From an uncultured Bacillota bacterium (lineage in GTDB: Bacteria; Bacillota_I; Bacilli_A; RFN20; CAG-826), in the NCBI GenBank assembly GCA_949289845.1, contig CASEPN010000001.1, forward strand, positions 528,316 to 592,315: a stretch of 64,000 nt of DNA. The letters are read 5' to 3'. The number at the start of each line of letters is the position of its first letter. Within the stretch, counting starts at the first letter, position 1. Below the pieces are notes generated by a model that saw only the letters and a list, made by a program, of their open reading frames with translations, had not been told where the DNA came from and did not search any database. Positions 57,952 through 64,000 of this stretch are shown piece by piece. The translations under genes and the position numbers were made by a program.

Positions 57952-60861
57952 CTAGTTCGCCGGAGCGGCCTCGAGGAAGGAGGCGATGAGCGCGTCCTTC
58001 GCCTCGGTCTTCTCCGCGGGGATGGGATCCCCGATGTCGAGAAGTTCAAGAGAGCCGGGAACATTCATCGTGGCCATTACGTTGGCGGTGAAATCCACCT
58101 TCGAGAGGTAGCCTTCTTCATTCAAGGTGAGCGTCGCGTTCAGGTCGCCGAAGGAGAAGGACTGCCCAAGGAATTTCATCTTCATCATAAGGAGCGGCTC
58201 GATGGCGGCGGTAAGGGAGTAGGCATTGGCCTCGCTGTCGTAAGAGAAACCTTTGAGGAGGGTGTCGTAGTAGGCAGGGTGATCGGTGATCGGGGAAATC
58301 ATCGACGAGAAGGAAGAGTCCATGTCCAGGATGCTCATGACGATTGTCATGGCGTCCGCTGAGAATTCCTCGAAGGTCCAAGACTCCTTCGTCGTGGTAG
58401 TGCTCCCGGACTTGGTGGTGGCCTTCTCCATGTAGATGCCAGTCGAGTCGATCGCAAGCTTCTCGGCGACCTCGCTATCCGTCGTGCCAACAAAAGCCTT
58501 CTTATGAACAATCGCGATATCCGCATAGAGGCTCGGATCTGAAGGATCAGAAGAGTCGACGTAGAGGTCGGCGGTGACCGATTGGTTAATGACAAGGAGG
58601 TTCATGTCGAGGGTGAGCCTCAAGTGATGGGCGTCAAGCTGGGCGTCCTTGGCAAGGGCGTCCACGAGCCCGCCCATGGGGCTGAGGTCGATGTAGGAGT
58701 CCTTCGCCTCGAGGTAGTCGGTCTGATAGGGAAGATCCCCATCGAAGGAAGACAGGGTGAAGACGATGTCCTCGAGGGCGATCGAGGAGATCTGGCCGTT
58801 CTCGTCCTGGTTCACGACGATCTCGAGGTCGTCGCTGGCGATGGAGGAGCCGACGAGGGTGAAGGAAAGGCCGCTTTCGGTATTCTTCGCCTCCTTCACG
58901 AAGTCGAGCGCGAGGAGAGGCTCGTAGTTCCCCTCGCCGGCCTTCTTGATCGCGGACAGGAGGGCGATGTTCTCGAGGGAATTCTCAAGAAGCGGGAGGA
59001 AGCGGGAGTCCTCGCCAAGGAGCGAGGTAACCGTCTCGCCCATCGAGGAGATGGCGTCCGTCCCGATCGCGCCCTTGAGATGGCTCTCGGACTCGTCGGT
59101 GTTGTTCCCGAGGACGTCGTAGTCGACGGCGAGGACGCCCTCGCCCATGATCCCGGTCTCGCTATCCATCGCGCCGGGGATGTAGTCGGCGAGGATCTTG
59201 TGCTCCACGGGGAGCGGGATCCCTTCCGTCCCGTCCTCGGAGACGGGAACGAAGGTTTCCTTGTAGTCGAGTGCGAGGGAGGCGGAGCCCGCGACTCCGT
59301 CCGCGTAGACCTTGCCCTCGAGGGTCTCCGGCTCCTCCGGGGTCCCGAGGTCGGCGGAGACGCCGATGAGGGCGCGCCCGCCTTCGACAAGGCTCGAGAA
59401 CTGGGTGTAGACGCTCGGGAGGCCCGTCACCTCCGCATACCCCGTCCCGTCGAAGGAAATCTCCTCGTAGGGAAGGAGGTCGAGGGTGAAGCCGAGCCTC
59501 GCCCCGTAGTAGGGCCACTCGAGGCCGTCCACGTCGAGGGAAAGGATGCGGTCGCTTGCGAGGGTCACCGTCATCGCCGCCTCGTCCCCGACGCTGAAGG
59601 AGGAAAGGTCGAAGTCGACCTCGATCCTCCCGTTCCCCTGGCGGATCCCGGTGGCGAGGTCGAGGAGGACGGAGTAGTCCCCCATGAGGAGGGAGGAGAT
59701 GGCCTCGCTCCCGAGGATGATGTCCATGAGGTCCTGGAGGAGCCCCTCCTCAAGCGGGAAGTCCTCCATAAGGAGGGCGGTGAACTCGTCGAGCTCCTCC
59801 TGCGGGAAGCTGAGCTTCAGGGAGTCGCTGTAGTTGAGGTAGGCTTTCTCCTTCTCGGAGCGGATCCTGACGGACTTCGCCGTCTCCGTTCCTTCCGCCT
59901 GGAAGGAAATGGTCGCGTCCATAAGGGAATTCGCCCTGTCGATCGACCCCTCCGCGGAAAGAAGGAGTCCCGAGCCGGTGCCAATGGAGCCCTTCCCGTC
60001 GATCGCGAACTCGTCGAGGGTGAGGGCGAAGGAAGCCTTCATGTCGTTAGCAAGGGCGAGGATGTCCTCGGCGATCGGGGTGAGGGTGCCAAGGCTCTGG
60101 TAGTCGTCCTTGTCAGAAGGAACGCTGATCTCGGGGCAATCGTCGCTATTGATCTCGCAGCCGTAGGAAAGGCTGACCAGGGCATTCCCGGCGTAGAAGT
60201 TCCCCTGGACCTGGGTGAGATTCATGTCCTGGTCCGTGCCAAGGTCGAGGGTGAGGCCGCCTTCGCCACCGATAGTGAGGTAGAAGGCATGGGCGTACTG
60301 GCTTGTGGGGTGCTCGGTGAGCGAGATCGCCGAGAGGATGTCCTCAGCCCCTCCGACGTCCCCGAAGGAAGGCATTTCCACACCCAGGGCTTCCCCGATG
60401 AGGGTCCCGAGGTCTCCGATCTCATCGATGGTGGAGGAGATCTTCAGCCTGTCCGTACCGGCGTTCGGAAGCCCCGCGGAGAGATAGGCCGTGCCGTCCG
60501 CGTAGGTAAGGTCGAAGGGGACGACGCTGTCGTTCCAATGGAGCTCGCCGGGGAAGGACAGGGAAAGGTCCTCGAGGGTCTCCATCCGGATGGCGAGGTC
60601 CCCGTAGACCTCAACCGTCTGGGGAAGGGCGAGGGCGGAGGAGCCCGGGATCACGGCCTGGAGCTCGAAGGCGCCGAAGATCGACTCCATCGAGAGAAGG
60701 TTCGTCATGAGCTTCTCCTCGTTGGAGACGATGGGCCCCTGGCTGGAGGAAGCCTCGTCCTTGCTGGAGGAGGAGGAGGTAGTGACCTCGTTCCCTCCGC
60801 AGGAAGCAAGAAGGAGGGCTCCGGAGCCGAGGAGCAGGAGAGGAAGTGCTTTCTTGTTCAT
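57952..60861 (-). CDS. Large acidic surface lipoprotein (969 aa)
   Basis: Lipobox LLLASC, Ser-rich linker and beta-rich acidic body. SD GGAGGT is present. Confidence 0.85.
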   Translation of the reverse strand: MNKKALPLLLLGSGALLLASCGGNEVTTSSSSSKDEASSSQGPIVSNEEKLMTNLLSMESIFGAFELQAVIPGSSALALPQTVEVYGDLAIRMETLEDLSLSFPGELHWNDSVVPFDLTYADGTAYLSAGLPNAGTDRLKISSTIDEIGDLGTLIGEALGVEMPSFGDVGGAEDILSAISLTEHPTSQYAHAFYLTIGGEGGLTLDLGTDQDMNLTQVQGNFYAGNALVSLSYGCEINSDDCPEISVPSDKDDYQSLGTLTPIAEDILALANDMKASFALTLDEFAIDGKGSIGTGSGLLLSAEGSIDRANSLMDATISFQAEGTETAKSVRIRSEKEKAYLNYSDSLKLSFPQEELDEFTALLMEDFPLEEGLLQDLMDIILGSEAISSLLMGDYSVLLDLATGIRQGNGRIEVDFDLSSFSVGDEAAMTVTLASDRILSLDVDGLEWPYYGARLGFTLDLLPYEEISFDGTGYAEVTGLPSVYTQFSSLVEGGRALIGVSADLGTPEEPETLEGKVYADGVAGSASLALDYKETFVPVSEDGTEGIPLPVEHKILADYIPGAMDSETGIMGEGVLAVDYDVLGNNTDESESHLKGAIGTDAISSMGETVTSLLGEDSRFLPLLENSLENIALLSAIKKAGEGNYEPLLALDFVKEAKNTESGLSFTLVGSSIASDDLEIVVNQDENGQISSIALEDIVFTLSSFDGDLPYQTDYLEAKDSYIDLSPMGGLVDALAKDAQLDAHHLRLTLDMNLLVINQSVTADLYVDSSDPSDPSLYADIAIVHKKAFVGTTDSEVAEKLAIDSTGIYMEKATTKSGSTTTTKESWTFEEFSADAMTIVMSILDMDSSFSSMISPITDHPAYYDTLLKGFSYDSEANAYSLTAAIEPLLMMKMKFLGQSFSFGDLNATLTLNEEGYLSKVDFTANVMATMNVPGSLELLDIGDPIPAEKTEAKDALIASFLEAAPAN

Positions 60862-60893
60862 AGTGAAAACCTCCGTAGTTCAAACATTATTTC

Positions 60894-61817
60894 TTAAATA
60901 GAGAGAAGCGTAGGCGCGTTCAGGAGCGGGATGTCGTACTCCTGGCCCACGTGGAAGGTGGTCGTCAGGCTGCTTGTCACGTCGCTGCTGATGATGGAGC
61001 TGAGCTTCGCCTTGTAGCTTTCCTCGGCGACAAGGGAGACGAGGGTGAGGTCCTCGCGAAGCTCGAAGGTCAGGTGGACCCAGTGGAAGTAGGGGTACTC
61101 GGCGAGGTTCGAGATGGTCTTCATCTGGCGGACATAGTTGACGACGGAAGTCGCGGGATCGAGCTCGAGCTCGAGACGGTAGCCGTCCTCAGTCTTCTCG
61201 AAGGAGGTGACCCCGTGCATCTCCCCTTCCTTCTCGCCCATGAGGACGGTCTCGGAATTGATGACGTAGGTCTCGACGCTATGGACGTTCCTTCCCATGC
61301 GCTCGCTATATTCCTCGTTGTCGTAGGTGACCCCTTCTTCCTCGAAGGTCGCCTCCTCGACGTCCTCGCCCACGACGCCTTTGTACTGGACGGTCTCGTC
61401 CCCTTCCTCGTACATGCGCCAGGCGACGTTCACGAAGGAGCTCTTGCTGTTGCTTTCCTCGAAGTAGTTTTCACCCTCGCGGATCTGGGTGGAGAAGATC
61501 TCCTGCTTCACCCCGAAGAGAGCGGTCGCAAATCCTTCTCCCCTCGTGGCGAACCGCTCGTTCCTTTCAAAGAGCCCGTAGGCGACGTTCGCCGCCTCCG
61601 CAGGAGTGAACTCCTCCGTATAGTCGACATTCTTGGAGTCGCCGAGATGCTCATAGGCCTCGAGAAGCTTCCCGCGGTCCATGGCGCCTTCGGATCCGAA
61701 GTCGTATTGACGGGAAGGCTCGAGCGCCCCCGCGATCAAAAGCCCGCCCGTCACCCCGAGGGCGACGACGAGCACGCTGCAAGCGATCGCGATCCCGACT
61801 TTTGTCTTCTTTTGCAT
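60894..61817 (-). CDS. N-terminally anchored extracellular protein
   Basis: MQKKTK plus a single TM. SD AAGGAGG is present, and it is co-directional with the lipoprotein. Confidence 0.75.
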   Translation of the reverse strand: MQKKTKVGIAIACSVLVVALGVTGGLLIAGALEPSRQYDFGSEGAMDRGKLLEAYEHLGDSKNVDYTEEFTPAEAANVAYGLFERNERFATRGEGFATALFGVKQEIFSTQIREGENYFEESNSKSSFVNVAWRMYEEGDETVQYKGVVGEDVEEATFEEEGVTYDNEEYSERMGRNVHSVETYVINSETVLMGEKEGEMHGVTSFEKTEDGYRLELELDPATSVVNYVRQMKTISNLAEYPYFHWVHLTFELREDLTLVSLVAEESYKAKLSSIISSDVTSSLTTTFHVGQEYDIPLLNAPTLLSI

Positions 61818-62167
61818 AAATTGGCCTCCTTGGCCGGTTACAAATATAGGAGGGGCGTTCGCGGATGCCATCCATAGGCAGTTCCGGGGGCGTAGATAGG
61901 AGCTCTACGAATTGGAGAATTAAAAAACATACGATTGGGACGTGACTTTTTTGTGCGAAATACCAACCGTTCTTTTCATCTGCAATTCAAATTTCCGGTG
62001 AAATGGAAAGGGAAAGAGGAATTGGGAGACTAGTAGAATCGATAGTCCAGTATTTATGAAGAAAGCGCTCCCATCGCTCTTTTCGCTATACGTTGTCTAG
62101 GGTTGAACTCTCCTGCCTTTCCATCCTCCCCCTTGCCACCTCCGGCAAGACACCTATATTTGCTCCC

Positions 62168-62758
62168 ATGGAAGAAATGGCCAAGATCGTCGGCGCGAAC
62201 CTCGCCGAGCTCCGGAAAAGGAAGAAGCTCACCCAGCAGGAGCTTGCCGAGCAAATCGGCTATAGCGACAAGTCCCTGTCCAAGTGGGAGCTCGGGAACG
62301 CGCTCCCTCACGTTGACGTTTTGAAGAAGATAGGCGACTTCTACGGGGTTTCCGTGGATTTCCTCATCACGGAGAACGCGGCGAAGGAGAAGCGGCGCGA
62401 GATGAAGGACGAGCGCTCGAACATGAACAAGATCGTCATCACCTGCATGGCGGCGACCTTCATCATCCTCTGCGCGATCGTCATCTATCTCTATAACATC
62501 CTCATCGGCGAGGACCAGAACGCCTGGGTCTACTTCCTATGGGCCGCGCCGATCTGCTTCTTCCTGACGGGCTTCATGGACCACCATTTCTGGGGAAGGA
62601 ACCTCGCCTTCTGGATCCTCATGTCCCTCTTCATCTGGACGATGATCCTCGCCGTGTGCATGCACTTCTACGTCTACCAAGGCGAACAGGTGTGGTTCAT
62701 CTTCCTCGTAGGCGTCCCCCTCGAGGTCGGGCTTCTCCTCTTCTCAAGGCTCAAGTGA
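62168..62758 (+). CDS. XRE-family HTH regulator with C-terminal TM helices
   Basis: NLAELRKRKKLTQQELAEQIGYSDKSLSKWE followed by about four hydrophobic segments. Confidence 0.88.
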   Translation: MEEMAKIVGANLAELRKRKKLTQQELAEQIGYSDKSLSKWELGNALPHVDVLKKIGDFYGVSVDFLITENAAKEKRREMKDERSNMNKIVITCMAATFIILCAIVIYLYNILIGEDQNAWVYFLWAAPICFFLTGFMDHHFWGRNLAFWILMSLFIWTMILAVCMHFYVYQGEQVWFIFLVGVPLEVGLLLFSRLK

Positions 62759-64000
62759 GATCCTGTCGTAGAGCCCAAGGTCAAGAAGGGCGTACTCCAC
62801 CTTCCTCCAGGGCCTTTCTTCCATGAGGATCGAGGGCATCCATTCGAGAAGCCTCGTCGAGCGCATCATTTCCTCAACGATCGTCACGGCATCCCCTTCC
62901 CACTTCCCTTCCGTTCTCTCAGGGAAGACCGCGTGCGACCGCAGGACAAGCATCCTCCCGTCCTTTCCCTCGAGGGAGAGGCTCGCGTAAGGAAGGACCG
63001 CGTTTACCGCGTCAAGCTCCTTCTCCAACCCCGGGATCGCTCTGGGATCGAAGCTAGGAGGAAGCTTCTTCCTGAGCGCGTAGGACACCATCGGACAGAA
63101 GTTGGAGGAGGGAAGGAAGAGGATCTCCGCCTGGACGTCGCCTTCGAGGAAGGAGAAGCCGTCCCCGACTCCTTCAAGCTCCTGGAGCCGGTCGTCATAT
63201 TGGTGATAGTCCGCAAGACGTATCCCGACCGCCCTCGTCAGGGCGGTGATCGGTTCTTCGAGCCGCTTGTCCTCGAGGGCGCGCTTGAAAACCCTAAGGG
63301 AGCCCGTGGAGCCCGCCTTCTTCCAGTTGAGGGGGTCGATGAGGTCGTTCCCGTAGCGGTATCCGGCGGACAGGCAGGACCAGAGGGACGCCGCGTGCGC
63401 GAGGAGCGTCCCCAGCCCTTCCTCGGAAATCCCGCGCTTCCCTACCGCGCGGAAAAGGAAGGCATCCGCATCTTTCCAACTAAACCCAGCCTCGGGTTCG
63501 ACGAGCCAGGGATCGTAGGCCTTCCTGAGGAAACCCATGTCGTCCTTGAGGGAAGAAAGGAAAGGCATGACTTCGGAGTCCATCCCGGCGCGGATGAGGA
63601 CGAAGAATGTCGCCTCGACCGCATTGTCGAGCCTTCGCGCGATCTCGAGCCTCCCCCAGAGGAAGTCGGGGTCTTCCCCGTCGGCGACCGTGTACTTCCC
63701 CGGGCCAACCTCGTCGAGGACGAGGCCTTCCTGGAGCGCGGCGATGGTGAGCGCGGACTTCGTCTCCTCGACGTCGCTTTCGACATCTTTTGCGACCTTG
63801 CCTTCGAGGCAGGCCTCGACGAAATCGACCGCGCCGAGCATCCGCGCGAGAGTGAGGCGGAACTTCTCCAATCCTTCCTGGTCCCGGGCGAAGGAGAGTC
63901 TCCCGAGGAGGAAGGGCGAGCCTACCTCGTACTCCAGCTCGAGGAGGTTCGGCGCGCCAGCCTTATAAAGGGCGTCCTGGAGCCTCTCCTGGAGGAGGAA
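62744..64000 (-). CDS. Hypothetical protein (5' end beyond the window)
   Basis: The reading frame stays open from 63871 to the window edge, with host-like codon usage. Confidence 0.65.
   Translation of the reverse strand, partial: FLLQERLQDALYKAGAPNLLELEYEVGSPFLLGRLSFARDQEGLEKFRLTLARMLGAVDFVEACLEGKVAKDVESDVEETKSALTIAALQEGLVLDEVGPGKYTVADGEDPDFLWGRLEIARRLDNAVEATFFVLIRAGMDSEVMPFLSSLKDDMGFLRKAYDPWLVEPEAGFSWKDADAFLFRAVGKRGISEEGLGTLLAHAASLWSCLSAGYRYGNDLIDPLNWKKAGSTGSLRVFKRALEDKRLEEPITALTRAVGIRLADYHQYDDRLQELEGVGDGFSFLEGDVQAEILFLPSSNFCPMVSYALRKKLPPSFDPRAIPGLEKELDAVNAVLPYASLSLEGKDGRMLVLRSHAVFPERTEGKWEGDAVTIVEEMMRSTRLLEWMPSILMEERPWRKVEYALLDLGLYDRISLEP

Overview
This window is high-GC bacterial chromosome (roughly 60-65% GC by eye) using the standard genetic code. 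Its core gene set is Bacilli/Mollicutes-like: glgB-glgP-dUTPase, ackA-nrnA, dnaE-polA-mutM/coaE, dnaB-dnaI, pfkA-pyk-ROK kinase, thrS with a T-box, infC-rpmI-rplT with an L20 leader, ezrA-iscS-thiI-mgsA and rpsD. A gut-type, reduced-genome Bacilli lineage is an inference. Several accessory blocks interrupt the core. (i) At 1-10 kb a defence-like patch holds a DUF2075 helicase, a decayed IS1202-group element, an HNH nuclease, a GmrSD-type DUF262-DUF1524 protein and a frameshifted small basic gene. (ii) Two lower-GC islands (18.0-21.6 kb and 34.4-37.6 kb) each pair a secreted peptidase with a translationally coupled lipoprotein. Each also carries a paralogous orphan lipoprotein still preceded by a stub of a deleted peptidase, which resembles an effector/immunity architecture. 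(iii) An ATPase-wHTH-nuclease gene has its promoter sandwiched between two perfect 37-bp direct repeats. (iv) A divergent cassette between thrS and infC carries PP2C phosphatase and TPR-membrane genes on one side, and a degenerate AAA+, a soluble VirD4-like ATPase and ClpP on the other, with no conjugation machinery in the window. Many genes look leaderless, with a -10 box 6-7 nt before the start codon. All family assignments come from motifs recognised by eye; no searches were run.
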